NCBI GenBank assembly: GCA_963205105.1
Contig: CAUJJW010000111.1
Location: 6,465-70,464, forward strand
From: Verrucomicrobiota bacterium
GTDB lineage: Bacteria; Verrucomicrobiota; Verrucomicrobiia; Limisphaerales; CAIMTB01
Reading direction: 5' to 3'
DNA: 64,000 bases
Both the position numbers and the translations under genes were made by a program. The notes beneath the pieces were generated by a model. The model searched no databases. It was not told the origin of the DNA and was given only the letters and a program-made list of their open reading frames with translations. Position 1 is the stretch's first letter. The number at the start of each line of letters is the position of its first letter. This document shows, one piece after another, positions 1 through 8,617 of this stretch.

Positions 1-321
1 CTCCAAATCGCCCAGCAGATCGACAAAGACGCCGCCCACTTTCCAGTTCCGTGGGCCACCTTCCGCCTCGAGCCGACTCATGACCTCCTGCCTCTCCCGC
101 AGAGGCAGCATCCGCCCTTCGAATCGGCAGAGATCCACGTCCCCGGAGACATAGGCCCCCTCGGTGTAGAATTCGATGGCAGAGCCCCCGACCACCACCA
201 ACTCCATACCCCGATCTCGAAACACCGCGCTGCACAGGCCGGCAACTTCGAGATTTCGCACCGTCGGGTCCGACTCGGTTCGAATGGCCTGCAATGCTCT
301 CTGGACGGCTTCGGGCTCCAC
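1..321 (-). CDS. Nucleotidyltransferase-fold protein (partial; C-terminus lies beyond the left window edge)
   Basis: This frame is missing from the ORF track because it leaves the window at base 1. My minus-strand translation reads ...GVEPEAVQRALQAIRTESDPTVRNLEVAGLCSAVFRDRGMELVVVGGSAIEFYTEGAYVSGDVDLCRFEGRMLPLRERQEVMSRLEAEGGPRNWKVGGVFVDLLGDLE-. The segment hGGS-x13-DVDL fits the minimal NTase-fold signature. The GTG start at 321 is a guess; sequence upstream is repeat. Confidence 0.4.
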   Translation of the reverse strand, partial: MEPEAVQRALQAIRTESDPTVRNLEVAGLCSAVFRDRGMELVVVGGSAIEFYTEGAYVSGDVDLCRFEGRMLPLRERQEVMSRLEAEGGPRNWKVGGVFVDLLGDLE

Positions 322-374
322 GCCGGCATCCTGAAGAACTCCCCATCCGCGGACGAGCCCAACCTGGATCCAAC

Positions 375-929
375 CTCTCCATGAGCCTGCCCATGGAAGC
401 CATCGCGAGGGTTGAAACGGGCTCCCTCACCCCAACCCTCTCTCGGAGGGAGAGGGAGCCGCATATCCCGCACGGCGACATGCCGGAACTCGAGCCGTCC
501 GAGCCGTCGCGACCCGTTCCTGCCAACACCCGGCTCGACCCTTCGAAACCCGCGGCACATCGCCTCCTTCTCCCTCCGGGAGAAGGCCGGGATGAGGGCC
601 GCCCGCTCCACTCCTCGCGCCTCGGTTCATGGTCCCACTACGTGTCCAATTGATGGAAAACGTTCCTCTCCATGAACCGGTCGTCCGTAGCGGCGGGCGT
701 CCCGCCTGCCGTAGAGGGGGGCGTCTCGCCCCCCGGAATCCCCGGTTCAAGGCCCGTGAGCAGGTCGATTTCGAACAGGTGGCTCTCCATGAACCTCCCC
801 TCGTCATCGTCATCCCTCCGCCTCCCCTTCCGGGAATCCCTTCGGGATTGGAACCACGGGTTGCTTCCATCCCGGGTTCATGGCTCCAATACGTGCCCCC
901 ATTTCAGAAACAATCCCTACCCATGAAAT
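375..929 (+). repeat. Mosaic repeat island: RepB(+) 375-632, RepJ 624-680, RepA(+) 672-751, RepD 745-795, RepI 795-876, degenerate RepJ 868-929
   Basis: Each module recurs elsewhere in the window and is bounded by CCATGAACC / GGTTCATGG. The last module's CCCATGAA provides the ATG at 923. Confidence 0.85.
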
Positions 930-1738
930 CCCTCACTCGTTTCCTGGCAGGCGCCGCGGCCCTGCTGCTCGCCTCCTCCGCGTTCGCCGCCGATCTCACC
1001 TCCCAGCTCGGCATCCAAACCTGGACCCTGCGCAACTTGAACTTCGATCAGGTGGTCGAGTTCGCGAAGAAGCACGGGATCAAAAACCTTCAGATGATCG
1101 GGAACCACATGGACCCGAAGGCGCCACCCGCCGAGACCCTGCGCAAGAAGGCCGTCCTCGAAGCCGCCGGTTTGAAGGTCTACACCTTCGGCGTCGCCGG
1201 CACCTCCCTCGACAAGGAGGACAACCGCAAGCTGTTCGAATTCGCCAAGCTCCTCGGCATCCAGGTCATCGTGGTCGAACCCAACGATTACAAAATCTTC
1301 GATAACCTCGAGGAACTGGTGAAGGAGTACGACATCCGCATCGCCATTCACAACCACGGCATCCGCTCCTTGTACGGCAACCCGGCCGTGGTCCGCGCCC
1401 TGATCAAGCACCGCGACCCGCGCATCGGCGTCTGCATGGACGCCGGCTGGGTCACGTCCACCGGCATGGACCCGACCGACATCTTCAAGAAGTACGAAGG
1501 CCGCGTGTACGACATCCATCTGAAGGACAAACGCGTCGAGAAGACGGTGGGCGAGGACGTCTCCTTCGACACCCACATCGGCAAGGGCCAGGGCCGCCTC
1601 GAAACGCTGATGGCCGAGTTGAAGAAGACCAACTGGCCCGGCGTGCTGGCGATTGAAACGGACAGCCCGGAATTCGCGAAGGATCCGAACGAATTCGTGG
1701 CCGGCGCGAAGGCGTTCGTGGAACAGCACGGGAAGTGA
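923..1738 (+). CDS. Secreted sugar phosphate isomerase/epimerase (xylose-isomerase-like TIM barrel)
   Basis: Starts at an internal ATG of track ORF 629..1738; the first 98 codons of that ORF are repeat sequence. MKSLTRFLAGAAALLLASSAFA is a signal peptide. The body carries IQVIVVEPN, IRIAIHNHG, GVCMDAGW and LAIETD, typical of the xylose-isomerase-like/AP-endonuclease-2 TIM-barrel family. Confidence 0.8.
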   Translation: MKSLTRFLAGAAALLLASSAFAADLTSQLGIQTWTLRNLNFDQVVEFAKKHGIKNLQMIGNHMDPKAPPAETLRKKAVLEAAGLKVYTFGVAGTSLDKEDNRKLFEFAKLLGIQVIVVEPNDYKIFDNLEELVKEYDIRIAIHNHGIRSLYGNPAVVRALIKHRDPRIGVCMDAGWVTSTGMDPTDIFKKYEGRVYDIHLKDKRVEKTVGEDVSFDTHIGKGQGRLETLMAELKKTNWPGVLAIETDSPEFAKDPNEFVAGAKAFVEQHGK

Positions 1739-1744
1739 CGCGAC

Positions 1745-2189
1745 CGCGAGCGGGACGCCCGCTACGGAGGCACGGTGCATCGAGAGTCCCCACGATTCAC
1801 GAATCGCGCAATGGGACCATGAACCGAGGCGCGAGAAGTGGAGCGGGCGGCCCTCATCCCGGCCTTCTCCCGGAGGGAGAAGGAGACGATGCGCCGCGAG
1901 GTTTGCAGGGTTGAGGCAGGCGTTCGCTGGAACGAGTTGAGACGGCTCGGAAGAACGGAGTACAGGCATGTCCCCGAGGGCAGGACGCGACACCCTCTCC
2001 CTCCGGGAGAGGGCTGGGGTGAGGGAGCCCGTTTCAACCCTCGCGATTGCTGGCATGCAAAGGTTTATGGGTAGGAGCGTTTTCCAAATTCAGGACACGC
2101 ATCGGGCCCATGAACCGGGGATTCCGGGGGGCGAGACGCCCCCCTCTACGGCAGGCGGGACGCCCGCCGTTACGGACGCGCGGTTCATG
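1745..2189 (-). repeat. Mosaic repeat island: RepA fragment 1752-1768, RepJ-like, RepB(-) 1813-2070, RepJ(-) 2063-2116, RepA(-) 2109-2189
   Basis: Reverse-complement copies of the modules at 375-751, but in a different module order. The terminal tcATGAACCg (minus strand) contains the TGA stop of the pseudouridine synthase gene (2185-2187). Confidence 0.85.
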
Positions 2190-2925
2190 AAGCACCCCGC
2201 CCCAACTCCGCCACTTCACCCTGGGTCAACTTGCGGAACGCTCCTTTTGCCAGCGAACCCAGTTCCAGGTTTCCCACCCGTATCCGGATCAGCCGGAGCA
2301 CTTCCCATCCGAACGCTTCCACCAGTCGGCGGATATGCCGGTTGCGTCCTTCATCCAGCACGATCTCGACCCAGCAGTTCTTCTCGCCGGAGCGCAGCAG
2401 CGAGACCTGTCGCGCCGACAGCTTCTCGCCGTCCACGACCACCCCAGCCTCCAACAGACGCAACTGAGCCTCATCAAGCAAGGCGTTCACCTGGACGTGG
2501 TAGGTCTTGAGAATTTTCGACTCCGGATCGGTGATGACCGCCGCCCAAGCGGTGTCGTTGGTCACCAGCAGCAGACCTTCGCTGGCTCGGTCCAGGCGCC
2601 CTACCGCCGACACGTGCGGTGCGTCCACGCCCTTCAAGCACTCGTACACCGTCGCCCGGCCCTGCTCGTCCGAAGCGGTGGTCACCAGTCCGCGCGGTTT
2701 GTTGAGCATCAGGTAGACCTTGGTCGCGGCGGCGGCGGGTTTTCCATCGACCTCAATCCGATCGCGCCCCGGTCGCACCCGTTGTTCGGGGTCGCGGCAG
2801 ACCACGCCGTTCAGGCGGACCCGACCGGCCTCAATGCGACGCCACGCTTCGGCGCGTGAACACACCCCGAGTTTGGAAAGTTCCCGCGCCAGACCGTGCC
2901 CCGCGGATGCCGGATGAGATTCCAT
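2185..2925 (-). CDS. Pseudouridine synthase, RsuA/RluB/RluF family (S4 domain plus catalytic domain)
   Basis: Starts at internal ATG M61 of ORF 2185..3105; the upstream codons lie in palindromic RepG. It has an S4-like LSKLGVCSRAEAWRRIEAGRVRLNG, then KVYLMLNKPRGLVTT, then the catalytic-Asp motif VGRLDRASEGLLLVTND. Confidence 0.85.
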   Translation of the reverse strand: MESHPASAGHGLARELSKLGVCSRAEAWRRIEAGRVRLNGVVCRDPEQRVRPGRDRIEVDGKPAAAATKVYLMLNKPRGLVTTASDEQGRATVYECLKGVDAPHVSAVGRLDRASEGLLLVTNDTAWAAVITDPESKILKTYHVQVNALLDEAQLRLLEAGVVVDGEKLSARQVSLLRSGEKNCWVEIVLDEGRNRHIRRLVEAFGWEVLRLIRIRVGNLELGSLAKGAFRKLTQGEVAELGRGAS

Positions 2926-2985
2926 GCGAACCCCGCGATTCGGCCGGCAGATGTCCGGAATTGGCAACCGATTCCTCCGGGGCAC

Positions 2986-3147
2986 TATCTCCGAGTTGTG
3001 TATGGGAGATCCAAGAATCCGAGGGTTTTGGACAGGATTCACAGGATGAACAGGATGCTCAGGAACCCAAGGCGAACGGCATTTCGTCCTGTTCATCGTG
3101 TTCATCCTGTCGAAAAGAGGGCCGTGTCCTCCAACAACACGGAGATG
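2986..3147. mobile_element. RepG copy 1: ~160-nt full-length palindromic (MITE-like) element
   Basis: GACAGGATTCACAGGATGAACAGGATG...CCTGTTCATCGTGTTCATCCTGTC forms the inner hairpin. The outer arms are CTCCGAGTTGTG... and ...CAACAACACGGAG. A near-identical inverted copy lies at 45824-45987. Confidence 0.75.
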
Positions 3148-3230
3148 CGCCCTTCCTCCGGGAGGGTTGAGGAACCCGGCGGCAGGGTGAATCGCTTGAA
3201 CGGATAAGGCTTTGGTCTAGCCTGCCCCGA

Positions 3231-6200
3231 ATGTCGCTGTCACTACGTTGGCTTTATCCAACGGCATTCTGGTGTCTTCTGCTCTCCGGAGCCGCCGCCC
3301 TGGTCTATCAGGTCGCCTGGGCCAGGTACCTTGCCATTCTCCTGGGCAGCACCAGCTACGGCGTGGTGGCGGTGCTCGTCGCCTTCATGGGTGGACTCGC
3401 TCTCGGCAACGCCTGGCTCGGGCGTTACGCCGACCGACTGAAACGTCCCTTGTCCCTGTACGGCTGGCTGGAGATCGGCATCGCCGCCTACGGCATCTTT
3501 TTTCCCACCTACTTCGAATGGTGCCAGTCCGGGTACCTCAAACTGGCCAGCGCGCTCAACCCGGGAAGTCCCTGGCTGCTCGCGTTGAAGTTCGTCTTCA
3601 GCTTCGCCGCCATTTTGATTCCGGCCACGTTGATGGGCGGCACCCTGCCCGTGCTGACCCGGCTGGTGACTCGTTCCCTGGGCGAACTGCGCGGCCGGGT
3701 CGCCGGTCTCTACTTCGTCAACAGCCTCGGCGCCGTGCTGGGCGTGCTCATCGGTGATTTCTGGTGGATCCCGTCTCACGGCCTGGAAGTGACCCTTCTG
3801 GGAGCCGCCGCCCTCAACGCGCTGGTCGGCGTGCTCGCCCTGTTCGTTCATTCCGGCCTGCGCGAACTCGGCACCGCCTCCGACAGCCCCGAGCCGGTTC
3901 CGGCGACGGCCTCCGACGACGAGTCGTTCTCGCCCTTCGAACTGCGACTGGCCATTGCCGCGGCCGGCGTTTCCGGCTTCGTGGCGATGCTTTACGAAGT
4001 TGTTTGGACCCGACTCCTAGCGCTGGCGCTGGGCTCTTCGACCCACGCGTTTTCGATCATGCTGGTCACCTTCATCGCCGGCATCGCGACCGGGGCCTGG
4101 ATCGTGGGTCGCTGGCGGGGACTCCGACGGACCTTCGACGCCTTCGGTTGGGTGGAACTGGCCCTGGCGCTGACGCTCCTGGCCTCCATGTCGTTCTACC
4201 ATCTGCTGCCGTACGGCTTCTTCCGGCTGGGATACCTCGTGGCCCGCACGCCCGAGAACCATACGTTCTACCAGGGCCTTCAGTTCCTGGTGTGTTTCGG
4301 TGTCATGTTCGTCCCGGCCCTTTGCCTCGGCATGACGCTTCCCCTCGCCAGCCGGGTCGCCACCTCGGAACTCGCCCGCACCGGCCGCAGCGTGGGCGTC
4401 GTGTTCTCGGTCAATACCCTGGGCACCGTCCTGGGCGCCGCCTTGTCCGGGTTGGTCCTGCTCCCCTGGCTCGGTCTCGCCCCCACCCTGGCGTTCGGTC
4501 TCGCCCTCAACCTGGCCATCGCGCTGGTCGTGCTGTTCCGTCGCTCCAACTCCCTGCGCCGGCTCATGCTCGTCGCCACACCGGTGCTGGTCATCGGTTT
4601 GGTCGGCTTCGCCAGCGCGGTTCTCGATCCCAAATGGGACCGCGCCTTCGCCATGGGCTTGTGGCGCGTCCGCGGCGCACCGCCGTCCCTCAAGGAATTC
4701 GAGGCCAAGATCCAATCCCTTGATCTCCGTTACCACCGTGATGGCGCCGGCTCCACGGTCGCCGTCGCCGCCTCCAAACGCACGCCCACCGGTCCCGAAC
4801 ACATCGATCTCCGCGTGAACGGCAAGACCGACGCCAGCAGTCACGGCGATCTGCCCACCCAGTTGCTCTCCGGTCACATCCCCCTGCTCCTGCACACCAA
4901 CGTCCAGGACGCCCTCGTGGTCGGCATCGGCAGCGGCATCACCTGCGGCGCCATCCTCGCCCACCCGGATGTGCAACGCCTCGACATCGTCGAAATCTCA
5001 CCCGAGGTCTACGAGGCCGCGCGAACGCTATTCGCCCCTTACAACAACGGCGCCCTCGATCACCCCCGGTCCCGGGTCATCATCGACGACGCCAAGTCCT
5101 TCCTGAAGACCGCCAACCGCCAGTACGACGTCATCGTCACGGAACCTTCGAATCCCTGGATGGCCGGTGTCTCCGGGGTGTTCAGTCTCGAGTACTACGA
5201 AACCTGCCGCGCCAGCCTCAAACCCGGCGGCATCATCGCCCAGTGGGTGCAGGTCTACGAAACCGACGACACCGCCATCCGAACGGTCCTGGGCACCTTC
5301 GGCTCGGTATTCCCGAACTTCTCCGTGTGGCAAACGCTGCCCGGCGACCTGTTGCTGGTCGGCTCCATCCAACCCACCGCCAAGAATCTCGACCTCATCC
5401 AGCAGCGTTTCCTTCAGCCCGAAGTGTTCAAGGACCTCAACCGCGCGGACATCTTCAGCGTCACGGCTCTGCTCGGACTGCAGTTGGTCTCCGAAGAGAA
5501 CGGTTCGTTCCTCGTCCCGCCCGACACCATCCGTCACAGCGACTTCTTCCCGGTCCTGGAATACATTGCCGAACGCGCGTTCTTCGCCCGGGGCGAGACG
5601 CTGTTCCTCAACGATTTCGATGAACGCCTGTTGCGACGGCCGACCACGCTGCTGGGCCAGCTGTTGCAGCGCTCCCCGCTGACCACCAAGGACGCCCGAA
5701 CGGTGGTGCTGCTCCACTCGTCCGCCGATGTGCCCCATCCCAGCCTGGTGCGCTCCGTCCTGGCCCAATGGCGTACGCTGGAGCCCTCCGATCTGCTCCC
5801 GGTGGAGATGGCGGCCAAGATGGAGTTCCCACCGCCGAACTCGCTCATCCTCGCCCACGAAATGTCGCCGGCGCGGGAACTCATGTTCGCCAAGTTCGGA
5901 ACCGAACCCGAACCCCTGCGGATGTACTCGCGCTACCTCCAGAATTCCTACCGCCAGGCGCGCTCGGTGTTCTATCAGCCGCCGACCGACGAGCTCCGGA
6001 CCGTGCTCGAATTCCTGGCCGAGAAAGACGTCGTCCACCGAACCTCGCACCAGCTCCGTCTGGCCGAACTCGCCTGGGATCTGGGCGACGAACAGCGGTT
6101 CGTGGAACTGGCCTCCGCGGCCTTGCTGCATTCCGGCGAAGCCGGCACCACCGGCCGTTTCGACTTCGATTTCTCCGCGCCGGGACGTGTCATCTTCCTG

Positions 6201-6386
6201 CTCATTGAATCGCTCTGGCGCAAAGGTGCCGTCACCGACGCCCAATGGTGGTGCAACGCAGCCCGCCAAAGCGGTTACCTCGACCCGAAGAGCCGCTACT
6301 ACAGTCGCCGGCTGGAGATGGTGGTTCGCAAGGTCGAAGGTCCCGCCACCGCCACGGCGGCGGCGTCTGAAAGCCGGGGCGGCTGA
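3231..6386 (+). CDS. Fused polytopic membrane domain / spermidine-synthase-like aminopropyltransferase / C-terminal helical domain protein
   Basis: 1051 aa. The N-terminal ~450 aa contain many hydrophobic spans. The centre has a class-I methyltransferase-like spermidine synthase core (VVGIGSGITCGAIL, YDVIVTEPSNPWMAGVSGVFSLEYYE, GGIIAQWVQ). The last ~380 aa are helical. Confidence 0.8.
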   Translation: MSLSLRWLYPTAFWCLLLSGAAALVYQVAWARYLAILLGSTSYGVVAVLVAFMGGLALGNAWLGRYADRLKRPLSLYGWLEIGIAAYGIFFPTYFEWCQSGYLKLASALNPGSPWLLALKFVFSFAAILIPATLMGGTLPVLTRLVTRSLGELRGRVAGLYFVNSLGAVLGVLIGDFWWIPSHGLEVTLLGAAALNALVGVLALFVHSGLRELGTASDSPEPVPATASDDESFSPFELRLAIAAAGVSGFVAMLYEVVWTRLLALALGSSTHAFSIMLVTFIAGIATGAWIVGRWRGLRRTFDAFGWVELALALTLLASMSFYHLLPYGFFRLGYLVARTPENHTFYQGLQFLVCFGVMFVPALCLGMTLPLASRVATSELARTGRSVGVVFSVNTLGTVLGAALSGLVLLPWLGLAPTLAFGLALNLAIALVVLFRRSNSLRRLMLVATPVLVIGLVGFASAVLDPKWDRAFAMGLWRVRGAPPSLKEFEAKIQSLDLRYHRDGAGSTVAVAASKRTPTGPEHIDLRVNGKTDASSHGDLPTQLLSGHIPLLLHTNVQDALVVGIGSGITCGAILAHPDVQRLDIVEISPEVYEAARTLFAPYNNGALDHPRSRVIIDDAKSFLKTANRQYDVIVTEPSNPWMAGVSGVFSLEYYETCRASLKPGGIIAQWVQVYETDDTAIRTVLGTFGSVFPNFSVWQTLPGDLLLVGSIQPTAKNLDLIQQRFLQPEVFKDLNRADIFSVTALLGLQLVSEENGSFLVPPDTIRHSDFFPVLEYIAERAFFARGETLFLNDFDERLLRRPTTLLGQLLQRSPLTTKDARTVVLLHSSADVPHPSLVRSVLAQWRTLEPSDLLPVEMAAKMEFPPPNSLILAHEMSPARELMFAKFGTEPEPLRMYSRYLQNSYRQARSVFYQPPTDELRTVLEFLAEKDVVHRTSHQLRLAELAWDLGDEQRFVELASAALLHSGEAGTTGRFDFDFSAPGRVIFLLIESLWRKGAVTDAQWWCNAARQSGYLDPKSRYYSRRLEMVVRKVEGPATATAAASESRGG

Positions 6387-6392
6387 ATCCTG

Positions 6393-6424
6393 GGCTTGCC
6401 AGCTCCGGCAAGCCGGCTCATTTT
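6393..6424 (+). terminator. Possible intrinsic terminator after the spermidine-synthase-like gene
   Basis: Stem GGCTTGCC (6393-6400), loop AGCTCC, stem GGCAAGCC (6407-6414), then GGCTCATTTT. The T-tract is short and displaced, so this is a weak call. Confidence 0.4.
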
Positions 6425-6495
6425 CCGCATCAGTTTCCTGAACGTCCCAAGGTTTTCGTTCATCATCTGTTTCCTGCCCGGCCAGGTCCTGTCGC

Positions 6496-6885
6496 ATGCC
6501 GCAACCACTCGCCAACGCGCTGCCCGACCTCGCCCTCGAAGCGGTGGAGGTCCAACGCCAGTTGGATCAGGCCTGGCAGCTCGAGAGGAACCAGCTCCAC
6601 ACCGATTTCGCGTCATCGGGCCTCGCTCACTTCGATCTGGGAAAAGCCCTCGAGCATCGACTCCGCCCGCCGCGCCCATGGGTGAGTCGTTTCCACGTGG
6701 TGCTCCAGTCGGACGTGACCCGCGATGCCACCCGCGAAGGCGGTCTGGAAATTCGCCCCCTCAACGCCGGTTACCGGGCGCTGTTCGGCATCACCCGGCA
6801 AGCCCACTGCCGCATCGAACTCGAAATCCGCCAAAGTCCGGTGACACCTTCACTGCCGTTGACGCAGCCCCCTCCCGTCCACTAG
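6496..6885 (+). CDS. Hypothetical protein, orphan operon gene 1 (129 aa)
   Basis: ATG ORF with ordinary amino-acid composition. The overlapping ORF 6396..6944 is R/P-rich shadow. No domain recognised. N-terminal helix motif LALEAVEVQRQLDQAWQLERNQL, followed by beta-like VSRFHVVLQSDV. Confidence 0.6.
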   Translation: MPQPLANALPDLALEAVEVQRQLDQAWQLERNQLHTDFASSGLAHFDLGKALEHRLRPPRPWVSRFHVVLQSDVTRDATREGGLEIRPLNAGYRALFGITRQAHCRIELEIRQSPVTPSLPLTQPPPVH

Positions 6886-6916
6886 TTCTTCATCCTCCAA
6901 CCCCTCAAGACCTGCC

Positions 6917-7504
6917 ATGGCCTCCAAACTCATCAACGACCTGAACACCGTCGCAAACATCGTCGGCGGACTCGGCCTCAGCATCGCCGCCGCCCAACGG
7001 GCGATGAACCTCGATTACCTTGAGAGCCTGGAACGTCTCGCAGCTCTCGCCATCTCGCTGCAAAACAGCGGCGATGCCGCCAAACCGGTGACCAAGGAAC
7101 AGCGCGACTTCGCGGTCGCGCTGCTCGCGAAATTCGCACCCACCCGCTACCAGTACACCAAGACCACCTTGAAGGTCCGACTCGACCTCGCCCAAACCCG
7201 CAGTACCGGCATCACCGCCGGCCTTGGCGTGGGTGTCGGCGCCATTGCGTTGAATGCGTCCTTCGCCTACGCCTCCGGTTCGGAGTACCAGGCTGCCGCC
7301 GAGTGCACCACGGTCATCGATGCCACCAGCCCCGAGCTGGACGCCGCCCTGCTCACCGCCCTGACCACCCAGGCCGCCAGCGCCTCCGCAACCTCGCTCA
7401 CCCTCCCCGCCCGCGCCGCCCTGGACAAAAACACCGTCGACACCGCCTCGCGCATCATCGAGAAACTGTTCGGCACCACGCCCAAACCGATCACCGAATC
7501 CTGA
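6917..7504 (+). CDS. Hypothetical protein, orphan operon gene 2 (195 aa)
   Basis: Lies 31 nt after gene 1. Helix motif GLGLSIAAAQRAMNLDYLESLERL, then TTLKVRLDLAQT, then the Gly-rich hydrophobic stretch GITAGLGVGVGAIALNASFAYA. No domain recognised. Confidence 0.7.
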   Translation: MASKLINDLNTVANIVGGLGLSIAAAQRAMNLDYLESLERLAALAISLQNSGDAAKPVTKEQRDFAVALLAKFAPTRYQYTKTTLKVRLDLAQTRSTGITAGLGVGVGAIALNASFAYASGSEYQAAAECTTVIDATSPELDAALLTALTTQAASASATSLTLPARAALDKNTVDTASRIIEKLFGTTPKPITES

Positions 7505-7561
7505 GGCACACCGAACCCTGTGCTTCAAGCCTCCCGCTTCATCACCTCACTTTGATCGGCC

Positions 7562-8581
7562 ATGCCCTCCGACCCTCTGCCCCCTGATCGAGAAGAACTG
7601 AAGGATTTGGCCAAATCGCTCAGGGACAGCGCCAGGGATCTCCACACCAAGGCCAAGGCACTCTCGGAGGCGCTCGACGGGAAGCAGACCTGGGAGGAAA
7701 TCGAGAAGACCTTCCGCTCGGTACACGCCGAGCACACCCAACTGAGCGACGGCCTGGTGAAGATCAGTGACCAGCTTGGCGCCGGCATCCGCAACGAAGC
7801 GTCGTCCACCTTCGCCAATTTCCTCAGCGAAGTGGGTCGCGCCGCCATCGACACTCAGAAGAGCCTCGACCAGGCCAATCGCGCCGCGGTGGCCGCCAGC
7901 CTAGCCACCGGCGGCGTTCCCGTCGGCGTCTTTCAAATGCCCAAACTCCACGGGGAAATCCGATTTGCCCTGGAGAAGATCGATTCCAAGAAGGTCGGCC
8001 TGGTCTTCTACTCGAAGAAACAGGAGGAACAGCGGCTGAACGAACAATCGCTGTCCTTCGATATCCTGTCGGTTCCACCGCCACCTGAACTGCTCCAGTC
8101 CGTTCGCCGTTCCAATCCCGGCCTGAGCCTCGTGCTCTCACGTGAGCAGCGGAACGCCATCTTCGACCTGCTCGACGAGGTGAAGGAAGTTCTCGGGAAG
8201 GACGAAACACCCCAGCCTCCCAACCTGCTCGAGAAACATCGCGCCCTGCTGAAAGGAAGTCCCCAGGAACGCGACACCGTGATTCTCATCCCCTGGCGCG
8301 CGCCCGACGCTTCCTCCACTCCCATCGGCGATGCCCCGGACGGATTCGTCATCCTCTATGCGGCTCCTCCGATGGAAGGCGAGGATTGGTCGGTCGGCGT
8401 CTGGCAAATGGAGTTGGTGCCGAAACCCATCGCCCCATCTCCAACGCCATCCCCTTCGCCGACACCGCGGCTCCATATCCTCTGGCGTTTCGATGCGAAG
8501 GGAACCGCGTCGGAAAACGTGCTGCGCTTCAAGCAGTGGGTACGCCACCTCGGCGAACAGCAACGGCAGCTCCTGTTCTAG
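7562..8581 (+). CDS. Hypothetical protein, orphan operon gene 3 (339 aa)
   Basis: The N-terminal ~115 aa are charged and helical, looking like coiled coil (EELKDLAKSLRDSARDLHTKAKALSEAL...). It contains the motif EVGRAAIDTQKSLDQANRAAVAASL, then LHGEIRFALEKID. There is a PSPTPSPSPTP linker near the C-terminus. No domain recognised. Confidence 0.7.
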   Translation: MPSDPLPPDREELKDLAKSLRDSARDLHTKAKALSEALDGKQTWEEIEKTFRSVHAEHTQLSDGLVKISDQLGAGIRNEASSTFANFLSEVGRAAIDTQKSLDQANRAAVAASLATGGVPVGVFQMPKLHGEIRFALEKIDSKKVGLVFYSKKQEEQRLNEQSLSFDILSVPPPPELLQSVRRSNPGLSLVLSREQRNAIFDLLDEVKEVLGKDETPQPPNLLEKHRALLKGSPQERDTVILIPWRAPDASSTPIGDAPDGFVILYAAPPMEGEDWSVGVWQMELVPKPIAPSPTPSPSPTPRLHILWRFDAKGTASENVLRFKQWVRHLGEQQRQLLF

Positions 8582-8617
8582 CGGTCCGCCCTTCCGGGCC
8601 TTCTCCCGGTCCGCATC

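Noticed and set aside
412-675. Families of ~80-95-aa 'conserved' ORFs inside RepB, open in every copy on both strands. Examples: MKRAPSPQPSPGGRGS...FSLREKAGMRAARS..., MERAALIPAFSRREKE...PLPPGEGWGEGA... and IARVETGSLTPTLSRRERE...
   Set aside because: Three overlapping frames are all open, which is expected for GC-rich palindromic DNA. Conservation tracks the DNA hairpins rather than any one frame. Products are low-complexity R/P/G/S. I treat them as repeat DNA, although a small protein cannot be strictly excluded.
375-2189. Composite transposon carrying the sugar isomerase gene, flanked by inverted B+A repeat blocks.
   Set aside because: There is no transposase. The module order is not mirror-symmetric (B-J-A... 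versus A-J-B on the other side). The same modules flank most genes in the window.
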